From: Protoeuglena noctilucae
Lineage: Eukaryota
Reading direction: 5' to 3'
Assembly: GCA_958009085.1 (NCBI GenBank)
Contig: OY253678.1
Span: 124,001 to 188,000 of the forward strand
Length of the DNA stretch: 64,000 nt
Position numbers and translations under genes: made by a program. The notes under the pieces are model-generated. The model was not told the origin of the DNA and did no database searches. It was given only the letters and a program-made list of their open reading frames with translations. Every line of letters starts with the position of its first letter. The stretch's first letter is position 1. This document shows, one piece after another, positions 1-13,400 of the stretch.

Positions 1-506
1 CGTCAAGCCGCCCGAGGTCCTCGCCAGGGACCGGTGAGTTCTTATTGCGTGGGTATGGATGTGAGAATGCAATTGCAACAGCTCAGCAACTTGCTTGCTG
101 CACTTGCTGTGATTCAGCAACTGTCGAAGACTTATGACTCTTCACTCACTCCCGCTTCCCTCTCCCACCTCTTCTCAGCCTGCTGGGCTTGTACGAGGTC
201 AAACCCATCCTGCAGCAACTCAAGTCGACACTGGTGGGCTCTGGCGCAGCTCTGGCGGTGGTGGCGGTGACACTTTCAGGTCTCATCGCAGCGGACGCCG
301 ATGCGGACGGAATGGTGGGGCGGGGAGCAGCGAAGCGAAGTGCGGTGGCGGTGGGGGTGGAGCGTCGGCCGTTGTATGCAAGCGACTTGGTGGTGGGGTA
401 TGGGATCGGGATGGATGGGGATGATGAGGTGGGGCCTGTTGTCGCTTCGTATGGGTATGACGTGTTTCACAAGGGCGGTGGTGGGGATGGGGATGAGACG
501 GCGTGA
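1..506 (+). CDS. CGLD27: CGLD27/Ycf36 (DUF1230) plastid membrane protein, 3' part only
   Basis: Exon 1-33, GT-AG intron 34-178 and exon 179-506 read VKPPEVLARDR|LLGLYEVKPILQQLKSTLVGSGAALAVVAV, matching the recalled CGLD27/Ycf36 C-terminal motif. A TGTAA follows at ~571. Confidence 0.85.
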
Positions 507-753
507 GGGGTTGGTGGATAAATGGATGGGTGGGTAATCAATCAGTGCGGTGTGAAGCTGTCTCACCGTTTGTAATCGCTGTGGTGAGCTTGAAACGTGG
601 TATTGATATCGAAGCGGGGGGTGACACGCAGAGATCGTGGCAAAAGCGTCGCATCTTCCATTCAATCTGCGCTCGTCAATCCAACTAAAGACGCGGACTC
701 CACACGAACCCACGCCCACACCATAGCAGCCTGTATCAAAATAAGACAAGTCA

Positions 754-3700
754 CTATGCGCTCTCTTCCCCCTCCGCCGCCCCTCCCTTCTTCCCCCCAC
801 CCTCCCCTCGCCCCTGCATCCCCCTACGCACGGCTGCCCTCAGCAGCACCTCGCCCTTCCCCTTTCCCTTCCCCCGGATACTCGACAGCCGCGCCGCACG
901 CTCAATCACCCCGTTACTGCTCGTGGTGGTTGCCTCCACAATCCCCCGTCCCTCACCCCGCCCCTCGCTCTCACCATCCCCACTGCCACCCTCCACCATC
1001 GCCGCTCCATCCCCACCCACTCCATCACCCCCACTCTCATCAACACCCTCGCCCTCATTCCCCGCACTGCCACTCCCCCCCGCCGTCTGCGACTGCGGCG
1101 GTGACGGCTGTGGTGGCGGTGGCACCCCCGCCTTTTCCAGTTTCTCCCGCAGGATTCGAACCCGTCTCTCCCAGGGCACGTTCGCGTTCCACTCCCAGTA
1201 GGGCACAGAGACGACGGTCCACCCCAGGGCTCTCAGGAGGCGGTGCTTGAGGAGGGAGCGGCCCTGTAGAGAGGGGAGGGGTGAGTGGGGTGGTGAGCGG
1301 AGTGATGAGTGGGGAGTGGTGGTGAGTGAGTGGGCGAGTGGGGAGGTGAGACGTCAGATGGTGTGAAGTGGTGATTGCAGGGTGACGGGTGGGTGGAGAG
1401 TGTTAGGCTTATAAGCTACATTTCAACACCAACACCAACAACAGCCACATGTACCCCATCCCTCGCCTGCAGTTCCCGTCTGTTGCGGTAGAAGTGCAGC
1501 GGCCCGTCCACCTCAATCGCCACCATGCAATGCGGCATGGCGATGTCGATGGTGTACTCGCAGCTGTGCTCGAGTGTTGCGATCGATGGGGGGTATCCCA
1601 GCTGCCGGATGGCGCGGAGGACGTCCAATTGGAAGCGGGAGACTGGGGGGGGGGAGTTTGGGTGTGTAATGAGGCGGTGTGATGAAGGGGAGGGGTGGTG
1701 CATGTGGGCAGTGCACTTGAGAGCATGAGACTGGGGGGTTAAGGGGTGAGGTGCAAGGGTCAGGGAGACCAACTTAACCATCTCCTACCCTGTACCACTC
1801 CTATCACCACCCCCTCCACTCTTCCCTAACCACCCCACTCACCGCTCCTCATCTCGCACGTCTTGCCCACCTCCCAGCTCCTGGCCGCCCGGTCCTTCAT
1901 CCTCCCGTCCTCAAACATCGCAGCCATCGCCGATGAGAAGTCCTCGGGGGCACTCGGTTTCAAATGTGGGGCTTCTAATTTGGTCGCCAGATCTACCTGG
2001 TACAACTGCCACAGCTCCGACGCATTCATCGACCCCACCAACTGCGGGAATAATTAGGAAAATAATATTGGTGATAGTCATAGTCATAGTCATAGTAATA
2101 GTAATAGTAATAGTAATAGTAATAGTAATAGTAATAGTAATAGTAATAGTAATAGTAATAGTAATAGTAATAGTAATAGTAATAGTAATACTATCATAAA
2201 CTCACCTGCGCGGCCCTCTGCTTGATCTTGGCCATCTCTGGGGGGTACACCCCGCAGCACGCCAGCGCCCACAGCACGTTGCATGCCGCCTGGCCCCCCA
2301 GCGCCGGCCAGTGCTGCGCCATCGCCGCCGCCAAGCGCCGCAGCAGGTTGCGCGACACCTCGCTCTCTGGTGCCAGCGCCGCCAGTGCCGCCGCCACCAT
2401 CCCCGCCACGCGCTGGTTGACCGGCTGAGCATCGGGATCCATAAACAGCGATGACGAGGTGAGCTTGTTGGGCGGCGCGGTGCCCATCCCCTCCCTCGCA
2501 TTAGGCCCGCCGGATGCGTCGGTTTTGAATCCGGTGGATTTGAGTGCCGACTCGGTCAGTCCCGCGCACGCCTCCAGGAGGGCGGGGTGGGCGTGGCCGA
2601 GCCTGGAGGGGGCGGGTGGAGGGATGTGAGGACGTATGATTTGTATGTAGAAATGGTAGATACTAGATATGTTTCAGTGCGATTTACAATATATGTGCAC
2701 AGAATATCACACGTTATCGGTCCGTACAATGCATTTACCCTCCTCCACTCGCCTTGCGTAGCTCCATGCCACCATCCCCACCGTCTGCGGCGGGAATTGA
2801 AACGTGGACCCCGCCCGCACCCTGGCCAGCAATGCCCCGGCAGCCTTATTCAAAAATCGACCATCGTAGGTGTCCGTGACGGCCAGCGCCCACAGCACGT
2901 TGGATAGGTAGCGTGGCCGCATCAGGCTGAGGGGGGTGCGGGAGGGGCGGGGGGGGCGGCGGGCGGGGCGGGGGGCTGCGGGGGGTGGGAGAGGGGGTGG
3001 GGTGGGTGAGGGATAGGAGGGGTGACAGCTATGCTTACGGACGAAAGAAGAGCGATTGTGGTAATGTGGGTGACAGGACAGCTCTCGCAACACAGCACCC
3101 ACCTCACACGCACCCGCACCTGCCCCCCACGCATTACACAACCCCCCCACCCTCCCCATGAATCTCACCTGTCCCCTCTCCCCGCTTCTCCCAGGGCGCA
3201 GCGTCATTCAAATCCAACGCCACCCCTCCCAACGGATCCTCCCACCCCATCCCCACTCCCACCCCATTTTCAAATGATGATGACCGTGATTGGTCGAATG
3301 AGACGGGAGACCTCGGTCGTTTGGAAGGCGAGCCGTCTCGACCCATAGGCGACCGTGATCGACTCACATACGATCCTTCCCGCCCATTGCCACCCACCCC
3401 ACGCTCTCCCCTTCCCCTCCCACCCGCACCCGCACTCGCACTCGCACCCGCACCCGCACCCACATTCCCACCCCGCACTCGCCCACTCCCTGTCGCCTCG
3501 CTCCCTCGCATTGCCCTACCCGCACTGCCCATCTCACTCCTCCCCTCATCTTCTGAACCCTCACCGCTGCCACCCCCACTCTGGCGCCCGCCCTTGCCAG
3601 AAACGGCCCCCTGACTCACGCCCGTGTCAATCTCGGTGTCCCAGGGGTCGTCTGTCAGATACGCCATCATCTGCAAAAACACGAACGCGGCATGCAACGC

Positions 3701-6520
3701 GTGAGATGAGATGACGAGGCGGTCGCGGCGGTTTGCTTTGAGACACCGACTGTGGTGACTCAGCAGCTGCTCCATCACCCTCACATTCACACACCCACAC
3801 TGCTACCCACACCCACACCCACACTCGCCTGACTCAGCAGCTGCCCCATCCCTCTCGCACCCACACACAGGCACACTGACACCCACTCTGACACTCGCCT
3901 GACTCAGCAGCTGCCCCATCCCCCCCGGCAGTGACCCCACCCGCGGCCACGGACCATCCCCGCCCCTCCCCCACTCCACGCACCCACCCTCGCCCTCATC
4001 CCCCATGCCCACACCCACACCCATACCCCCATCCCCACTCCCCCCCACCACCCCTGCACCCTCAACCCCACCCTTGCTTCCCGCACCAACCACTCCCCCA
4101 CCCTCTCCAGCTTCCCCCACACCCCCGCTACTCACACCCCCACCCACTGCACCCCCACCCTTCCCCCCACCCTCACTCACACCCCCATTCCCACCCTTCC
4201 CCGCGCCCTTCCCCCCACCCCTCTGCCCCCCCTGCAGCGGCCCAAAGATCGACCCCGCCTTCCCCGCCTTGGCCAAATGGTAGTGACCGATAGCCGATGC
4301 TATGTTTGCAAAGTCAGCGTCCCTCGGTCGCAGCTTCATGGGCAGGGATCCCTGCCTGGCGCGCGTGAGGGTGGAGAGGGCCGATGCCGACAGGGCTGCG
4401 GGAGAGGAGAGAATGTACAGTTAGACCTGTTGTATGAACAGGACGGTCCATGCACATGTGTACAACTGTGCTGTATCCATCACCCGGTCTCATCCCCATC
4501 ACTGACCCACCCAGTACACTATTCCACACACACCACTCACACCCACCCACACCCCATCCAAGACCCCCCACACCCGCACCCCCACACACCCCACACAAAC
4601 ACTCACCCTGGAACGCCCCGTCGTCGAAGCACCGCGCCTTGCTGAGCGCCAGGAGCATCCCCGCCGCCTCTCGGAAGGTGAACCGTCGCGCGCATCTCTC
4701 CGCAGCACGACAGAGCGCGGGGAGGGCATCTTTGGTAGAGGCATCTGCGCCTGTCGCCACGTATGCCCATGTCACGTTGAAGATGGCCTGGGGATCGAGC
4801 GTCGATATGCGGGAGGCCACGGTTGGCCATAGATTGGTCAGAAAGGCGCGGGATGACTCGGGGGACAGGGACCCGTTGGTCTGGGATCGTGCTACGCTCC
4901 ACATCACGATGCCCAGCTCGGCCGGCTTGGTGAGGCGGTCACGGCGGTCCTCGGCGGCGCGGAGGAGGCCTGGGGGGTAGATGGGGGTAACGGTGGTGAT
5001 TAGATGTTGAAAATTAGATGTAAAAACAATTATACTGTTATACTGTTTGCAGTTATAATATGGTTGTGTCCGATTGATTGTGCGGACAGATGCGCACGTG
5101 GGGGGCGAGAGGGAGAAGGGAGGGAGGGCGAAGGACCTGTTCTTCTCTTTGCCACGAACACACAGCGCATCGCAATTAACAGCCACCTAGTATACACCCG
5201 CCCCCTTTTGCTCCTCTCACCCTGCACCAGCTCGGCTGTCCCGTGCCCGACCAGTGCGTGTGCGTACCATGCATTGGCGAGGGCCTGGGTGTCGAGATCA
5301 GAGATGCGAGCCAGCACCAGGTCGCAGCAGGCGGCCAGGCGGGGGTCGGTCTTGATGCGCTGGACGCGGTAGGCGGGCTGGCGGTCGCAGAGCTTGGCCA
5401 CGTGGTAGAAGGCCGTGACTGGGAGGGGGGTGCGGGGGGTGGGATAGGTGAGGTGGGGTGGGAGAGGGGTAAGATGTGACGTAATGTGATGGTTTGGCGA
5501 CGCGGTAGAAGGCCGTGACTGGGAGGGGGGTGAGGAGTGGGGGTTTGATGCGGGGAGTGGTACGTGTGATGTCGGCAGGTGTGGTGGTAGAGGGGTGATG
5601 TGGGAGAGGGTGTAAACCATGAAGGTTTGGCTGTATGGTACAGGGCCATTACGTCATTGCAAGGGGGGTGTCGAGCGAAGAGTCGTGCACACCGTGAGCG
5701 ATGTAACGCTCTGCATTAAGGGACCGGCGGGTTCTGCGCCTGGCGCGCAAGTAGCTAAATGCCCACACCCCGGACTCGAACCACGCACCGGCGTTGACGT
5801 AGCTGAAGGACTCCCCGCGCAGCACCACCAAGTCAAGGATGTCTTCGGGGTCGGTCGCAGCCAGGATGCGGCCGTTGATCGCGATGCACTCGCGCGTGAA
5901 CTCCTTGCGCGCCTCGTCGCGCGGACTCGGCTGCGGGGGAGGGGGCGGGGAAGGGCGTCGCGCGGGGTGATTGTCGAGGTACGTCGCGCATTGGAAGGCA
6001 ATCCGAGGGGGCGCATCGGCGCTGCTGCGCGTCCCGTGCATGGCACCTCGGATTTTGGATCATCTGCTGTCGCCACACGCGCGCCCTGGCCCGCTCCGAA
6101 AAAAGAAAAGAGGCCCGGAGCGTCCGCACGATCCGTCCCCTCCCCGCGCACCGCCCGGGCGGCGAGCGAGGGGCACGCCGGCGCCGCGCCGCGCGCCAGC
6201 CGCCGGAAACGTGCCAGTGACGGACCTGGGCGCAAGAGATGGCGGACCTTGAGGGCTCCACGCGCCGCTTTGCTCGGGAAGCAACGGAGCAGCGAGAACG
6301 CGCAACCGCCCGGCCGCCGCAGGGACTCTCAGCCCCCGAGATCATCGCCCACAAAGCTCGGTATTGTGACCAGTGCCAGGCGTTCGCTCGGGCGGCGAGC
6401 ATCGGAGCGCACGAGCTCTCGCGGACCGATAAGCTCGCGGCTACCCGCTCCGGCCTCACCTGTCACGGAGGCGCCGCTGCGGGCGGTAGCCCTCGTCCCG
6501 CAGCCACCAACATGCCTCAT
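754..6520 (-). CDS. OPR (octotricopeptide repeat)/RAP-domain organellar RNA-binding protein, ~12 exons
   Basis: RAP motif IDIAMPHCMVAIEVDGPLHF...|GRSLLKHRLLRALGWTVVSVPYWEW. Helical repeats include TQALANAWYAHALVGH, PQAIFNVTWAYV, PRYLSNVLWALAV and PQTVGMVAWSYAR|LGH. The Arg/Ala-rich N-terminus from ATG 6520 was inferred through two introns. Confidence 0.85.
2071..2192. repeat. (ATAGTA)n hexanucleotide microsatellite in an intron
   Basis: Near-perfect tandem gtaata/gtcata units. They generate the spurious poly-VI and poly-L ORFs in the track. Confidence 0.95.
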
Positions 6521-7250
6521 GATACCGACGCGGCCGGCCTTCCCCCTCCGGCCGCTCAACCGCTTCTGTGGGGCCCCCCAGCGCCTGTGCGTTGTAGCAA
6601 CCCGCTCCACTCCCCAAATGTGCGGCTTCCCCGCAGGACGCAGCCACCTGCGGCGTCCGCCCTCGTGAATTGCGCGTGTGCAGGCAGCGACCGACCCATC
6701 CCACGCCACCGATCGGTGTCTGACACTGAAACCTCGCTCCAGCGGGCACGATTCGGCTTGCCTGGGATTCGTGGCACTTCGACTTTGACAAACATTGCTC
6801 CTTTGGGTGTCATCGCAGTCGTAGATCTCCACGGGTGCCTGCCGTCGTCTCTGCAGCTCCACAAAGACCTCCGATCGATGCGTGGTTCGAGCACTGGGCG
6901 CTGATCGCCACGACGTTGGTCGCGGAGTGGCACCGAGGCCGAGCCGGGGCGAGACCTGGGCAAGGTGCGAGGCGCTGGTGTGCCCTCGCACTGTTCCAGC
7001 CATCTTCGGAGCGTTTGGGGCTAAGCATGGATCTGCAACAAATCGTGTGTCTGGGTGGACCGGGATCTTCCTGGTTATAGGCCCTAGCGTGTCCGTAGCG
7101 CGACCCCAGGGGACACGCGTCATGTTGCGGGCACGATGCATCGCGCAGTCGGCCTTGCGTCGCGAGGTTGTGCGTGATCCTGGTATCACTCAATTCCTGC
7201 AGTCCGCAGGCCGGGTACCCGGGGCGCTGGTCGCCCGCGCCGTCCAGACA

Positions 7251-8619
7251 ATGGCGCCCGCGACGCTCCACCACGGCGCTCGCTGCCCGCTCCGTGCCGC
7301 GCCCCATCCCTGGCGCCTGCGCGCGGTCCGGCTGCTGGACTCTGTTTCCGACCCGAGGCGTGCCCGGAGGCCGCACTCGCTGCCGCAGGAGTCGAGGAGT
7401 GCGGCGGGGGAGACCCAACAATGGGCGCCCGCGCGCGCCGGGGGCGCGGAGTTCTCCGACACGCCCCGCGCGATCGAGGCGAGTGCAATCGTTTGCTTAC
7501 ATGCGTGCCGGAGCGCGGTCTCTGCGCCGTCGGATCGCGAACGCGCGGAGCTCCCGCACCGCCCCCGCAGTCGCCGAGTGCGAGCACGGGGCCGCCGGAG
7601 CTGTCGCGACAGGTGGAGGAATTGCGAAGGGAGATGACCGAAGTGTCGGCGCTGGTGCGGGAGCAGCAGGAGACGATCCGGAGGCTTCGGGAGGAGCTCG
7701 GTGTTGCGCGAAGGGGAGGCGAAAGCGAAAACAGCGATGCAGCTTCGCCTTCTGACGACGCGCCGGCCACGCAGCGCCGGACGCTGTTCTGGCGCCCGGA
7801 TCAGCACGCCGCGCACGGGACGGCGGGGTCGCGCGCGAGCGGGGCCGGGCTGTGGACCCCCGGGTCGGTGCCTGGGATGGGCGAGGGGCTGCGGGCGGGG
7901 CCCAGCAGGCGAGTTGCTGGTGTTGGTGTTATGTGTATGTGTGTGGGCGATACTGACTTGAGAATCGATGACACAGTAGGGTCAGAGAGCATGTCAGAGT
8001 GCATGCGACTGCAGTTGCACAGTGGAACGCTAGACCCCTCACCCACTCCCCCCAGCCCCCTCCCCGACCCCTCCTCGGACCCCACGGACCACCGCGGCAG
8101 TCTCCTGGAGACGCAAGCGCGTTTGGCATATTACGACCGTCGGCTGGTGGGGTCCTTCGACGCAAGATTCCACTCGGCGTCGTGGGGCGCCACTCCCAAG
8201 GATTTCCGGATATTGCCCGCCCGCATTATTCTGGTCAGGCACGCGCAGTCGGAGGGGAACATCGACAACGCCGCCTACGCCAGCATACCGGACAACAAGA
8301 TCCCCATCACGGGTGAGTTGGGTGGGCGTGGGGGTGAATATGGTTGTGAGGGATGAACTACCCGTTTCACCCAGGCATGTTCAACTTAAGTTGTAAGTAA
8401 TTCTACTTGAATCCGCTTGCAGAGTTGGGTCGCCAGCAGGCGATGCAGGCGGGGGCGGAGATACGGGAGGAGCTGGACCGGCTGTATGGCGGGGAGGACT
8501 ACAAGGCGAGTTGTTAAAAGAGAATGGTGATAGTGATAGTAACATCGTTAGATGTCGTGACTTGTGTTGCAAAAAGATGGTGAGTGGTAAAGTGGTTATG
8601 CCGCTTGTTCATAAACAAA

Positions 8620-8674
<55 letters not shown>

Positions 8675-9895
8675 CCCTCTCTCCCACCCCCAGGTCTTCT
8701 TCTACACCTCCCCCTACCCCCCTACCGCCGCTCCTTTCAAACGTACAAGGCGATGGCGATGCTGGACGCCTTCCGGGACGACCAGGTCGCGGGGTGGCAG
8801 GAGGAGGTGCAGCTCAGGGAGCAGGACTTCGGGAACTTCCAGGACCCGGAGGTGAGTATGACTATGACTATTTGACTATGATGTCCACTACACAGGGTGA
8901 CTATAATGTGCAACAACTACTTGCATTTCACAATATAACTGTGTAACTAGTAGTAACCACATGGATCTGACCCATCCATTCATTACTGCTTCCACGTTCT
9001 CAATCCCCCGTCGTTGTTACACAGGGCAAGCAGCGGGAGAAGGCCGAGCGCCTGCGCTTCGGCCGCTTCTTTTACCGCTTCCCGAACGGCGAGTCCGGGG
9101 CCGACGTCTACGACCGCATCACTTCTTTCCAAAACACGATGGTCCGCGACATCAACGCGGGGCGATTCTCCAGCAACTGCTCGCTGGTGCTCGTCATGCA
9201 CGGACTGGCGCTCAGGGTGTTTTTGATGAGCTGGTTTCATTGGACGGGTGAGGGGGCACTAATAATAAGTAATAATGTATTAAGCATAGTCATGTGCATG
9301 TCTCACTCCACGAATAGGCGGACACCTGGGCTGCCTCCTGCGTAGGCCGCTCCCATGGAACGTCTGAGAGGGGCGAATGGACAATATGATGTGTGTATAA
9401 TATGGGCCGTTCACATGACTATTCACGGTATTCATTTTGTACAGATTGGGAACAGTGTTCACGTTATAGTCATTATAATTATTATAGTGAGCATTATTGT
9501 GTAGAACAATAACATGGTAAAATATCGACAACTATCATCATTGTTATCAACTCTTCGTCTACCTCCTCCCCCTCCTCTCCCATCCCCCCAGTCGACCAGT
9601 TCCTTCGCGTCTACAACCCCTCCAACGCCACACCCGTCATGCTGGACCGCAATTACTACGGGTGGGACCTCACGCCCCAGGGCACGTCCTGGATCCACAC
9701 CAAGGCCCTTTACACCATGTCCAAGAAGTCGAGGGAACGAGTCAAGGGAATAACGGACGACATGTGCTTCTGCAACTACCTCCCGGGCAACCCCAGCAAC
9801 TGGCACTGATGGCGTGTGGCGATGCCAATACTGATATGGGCACTCATGCTGGTACTGATGCCAATACGGATGGCTGGTATTGGTGCTGGCATTGA
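7251..9895 (+). CDS. Histidine phosphatase / phosphoglycerate mutase-like protein (AT74H/DET1-like) with an apparent frameshift at 8718-8725
   Basis: RIILVRHAQSEGN, VFFYTSPY, LREQDFGNFQD, FGRFFYRFPNGESGADVYDR and LVMHGLALRVFLMSWFHW are spread over spliced exons. The N-terminus resembles a transit peptide. TGTAA at 10076. Confidence 0.85.
8622..8670. repeat. (CA)n microsatellite just upstream of an acceptor
   Basis: About 24 perfect AC units in intron 8506-8693. Confidence 0.95.
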
Positions 9896-10075
9896 TGGTA
9901 TCTGGCACTGATTGCTGCCACTGAGGTGCTACTTGGTACGGGGACACTGGCGGGGTATTTCGAATGTTGGGGCGAGGCGGCGTGAACGAGGCAGGCAGGG
10001 TCGGGGTACAGCGTTGATGGGTAGTTATTGAGTAGCATTGGGATGCCTTTTTTTAGGATTGCTCAACTGTCTGTT

Positions 10076-10194
10076 TGTAATTGTTGAAGAGAGGGACGCG
10101 TCCATTTGGCGAGCGACATTGGTCGTTGCACTTCCAACAGCTGTTATTAATCGTCGCAATCGGGACTGTCGTTAACTGCGATGTGTCCTTTACA
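10076..10194. promoter_or_regulatory. Convergent chlorophyte TGTAA polyadenylation signals
   Basis: TGTAA on + at 10076-10080 after the phosphatase gene, and on - at 10190-10194 after ARSA1. Similar elements lie at ~571 (+), 24318 (-), 33865 (-) and 53168 (+). Confidence 0.6.
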
Positions 10195-10496
10195 ATTTTC
10201 TTTGCACGCCGTTCAAGGCTTGCGGCCGCATCAAATCTACCATGCACCGATGCACAAGGGCGCGTGTTCTGACACAACGCGCGTGTGATGGTGCTGTGGC
10301 TGCCTGCGCTATACCCCACCAACAATTGCATTCCATCTAACGCCCCTTAGCTGAACCTTCCCATTCCCAGTGCACTCCCCACTCCACCACTCCACCACTG
10401 GCCCCCCCCTCCCTCACACTCCACGCTCCCCGCATCCCTTCACCAAACCCCACACCACCCCTCCCCCGCACCCCCCCCCCCCCCCTCAATCCAAGC

Positions 10497-13400
10497 TCAT
10501 TTCGAGTCCCACACCACCATTCCGAAGTACTGCAGCCCCGCCACCCCCCTCACTTCCATGTCGATGAGGGGCGCCGTGATCTGCTGCAGCCGCCGCATGT
10601 CGGGGTCGGTGCGGAACATCTCGAAAGCACGGTCCTGGTCGCGGCGCTGGGGACGGGGGGAAGGAGAGGGGAGAGTAGTAATAATGAGTTGTGGTAAATA
10701 ACAGTGATAAATAACAGTACTACTGTTATTCACTAGAGGTGCTTTAGAACTGCTTATCTGTGAACCTGACCCCCCTTTGCTCTCTCCATTCCATTCCCTT
10801 ATCATCCCTTGACAGGCAAACATGCGGCTCTGGCGTAAGCATGTGGGTGATGTGGTGGTGTGGCCAGGCATACAGCTCTGGCGTGCGGGCATACCAACCC
10901 AGCACACAGCAGTAACTCCCGCGCACACGCATGTGGGTAGGCGTTGCGATGGAGCCGACGCGGTATTAGGAGGGTATGGACGCATGTGAAAGCCAAATGC
11001 CTGCCTAACACCGCCCCATCACCCACATACCAGCCATCCCCCATCACCCCAACACCACCACCCCTCAACCTCACATCCACATAACACCCATCCCCACCAA
11101 ACCCCCCCCCCTTCCCCCCCAACCCCCCCTCACCCTCATTTCCACGTACTTGTCCGCGGCATCGACCGGCACTTTCTGATTCACCACCAGCCTCTTGACA
11201 GGCACGCCCTCCTTGCCCAACGCCACGCACAGCCGCCTCGACTCGGCCACTGCCATCGCAGTGGGGATGGTGACGATCACGAACTCGGTTGCAGCACGAT
11301 CGCGGAACATGCGGCGGGCCTGGTCCATTCGGGACTGCAAACGTTCCAAAGATGCCAAGGCGCTCTCGGCCGCCTCGCGGGCCGCGGCGTCGCGGTTCGA
11401 ATCCTGGGAGCGGCCGGTCTGCATCTGGGGGGAAAAGGGTGGTGGTGGTTTGAATCCCAAGGGTGGCAGTTTTGTCCGCAGCACTGCCATCATGCACATC
11501 CCCCTTACCAGGTTCCCCAGCACCCCGCTGATCGATCCCCAATCACTGTCACTATTACCACGACTGTGTCCACTAAGCATCTCACCAGGTTCCCCAGCAC
11601 CCCGCTGATGCCCGCGGTGGCGTCCAGGATCCTCTTCCGCAGCCTCACGACCTTGCCCACGGACTTGTCGAGGAAGTCGGGGAGAGAGAGCAGGCGCAGG
11701 GTGTGGCCGGTGGGGGCCGTGTCGAACACGATGCGCTGCAAGGGAGGGGAGAAAGGGTGGGTGTGGAGTTGGTCGAAGGAGGCCATGGTTATCAGAGTGT
11801 TGTATTGTATTATGTGCATGAGATGGGTATGTGTGGAGGGTGTGGCCGGTGGGGGCGGTGTCGAACACCATGCGATGGGGTGGGTGGAGGGGGGGGGGAG
11901 GTGTGGGGTTGGTTATAACAACAGTGCGTGGGGTGGGTCTGTGTGGTGGGTGTGGTGAAGCTGTTAACAGACACGATGCAACACTGCTCACACATGGCCA
12001 CCACACCATGTAATGGCAACACTGACTGACTAACCATCAACACCAATCACCTTGAAGTGAGCGTACTCCGGATCTCTCAGGAACTGCACCACTTTGGAGA
12101 TGGCCACCGCCTCGTCCACCCCCGGGGGCGCAGAGTCCAGCAATTCCCCCAGTCGCAGATCCCTCAGCTGCTCCGCCACCCCGCCCATGCCCAGGCCCGA
12201 CAACGCGTCCTCGAAGGCCTGAGGGAGGGATTGAGGGTGAGGAGTAGTTACAGAAATTAGATATAGTTAACAGATATTCAGCACATGACAGGGCGCCCTC
12301 AAAGGCGTGGGGGGAGTGGGGGATAGGTAACATGGCCGTCGTTATAATCATGAGACATGGGGGAATGTGAGACCGTTATTAAGAGACCAGTCGATGTCGA
12401 TATCATTTCCAGAAGATAAGGAAAAGCTGACATGGCTATAATCATCACATGCCCCCCATCCACCATCCTCGCCTTGGTGTCGCTCTTGGCGGCCAGGTCC
12501 CTCAGCTCCTTGCGCGCCTGCTCGACGTCCACCTGTGCGTGGATCAAGAGAATTATATTGATAACAAAGAGATGAGCGAGACGGACATGGACAGCAATGC
12601 AGCCACCCCACAATGCACCAACACCAACACCCCACCCCCGCATTAACATCCCACCCCACCCCCATCCATTCCCACCCACCTGCATCCCCCAGAGCGGCAG
12701 TTCGATCCCCGGGAAGTCCACCCTCACGGGTAAACCCCCGCTTACATCGTAATCCAAACAGTCCGACAGAGAGTGGGCGGGGTCGGTGGACACGATCAGC
12801 GTGGGGTAGCCGTCCGACGCCAGTTTCACCGCCAGTGAGGCGGACAGGCTCGTCTTGCCCACGCCGCCCTTGCCGCCAAACATGAAGAATTTGCGCCCTT
12901 CTGACAGGTCACGCGAGAGGGCGATGCTGGTGGCGGTGGTGGCGGTGGATGTGGATGCGCCATTGGTGGAGGGAGTGGATGGCTGCTGCGACATTTCGGT
13001 GTAGCCGCTGTCCGCGTTCCACACTTTGGCGCCGAACCACTGCAAAGGGGGGTGAGGGAGATGGGGCCGATGGGATGGAGCGTATGGGGGTAACATGCAA
13101 GTCAGGCGGTAAATGTCTGCGACAGGTGAGAGAGTGCGGATGAATGAAATAGGACAGCTATGCATCTCGCCTGCAGCGCGGTTATCCCCCTGACTTCGAT
13201 CCGCAACACAGTACCACGATACCCTCGTCACGTCATGCCCATTCCCATCAGCAGTATATAACTTGTTTGTAACTCGCCTGCAGCGCGGGTATGCCCCTGA
13301 CCTCCACGTCCACCCGGTCCACATCCACGCGCCTCAGCTGCCCCAGTGCGGGGTCGCTCTCAATGGCAGCCATGGCCCTGGCCTGGTCTTTGAGCTTGGC

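Noticed and set aside
1933..2284. Poly-(VI) and poly-L 'membrane protein' ORFs
   Set aside because: Translations of the intronic (ATAGTA)n microsatellite.
5760..5790. B-box-like GGTTCGAGTCC on the minus strand
   Set aside because: It sits right after an intron donor, has a poor T-stem and forms no cloverleaf.
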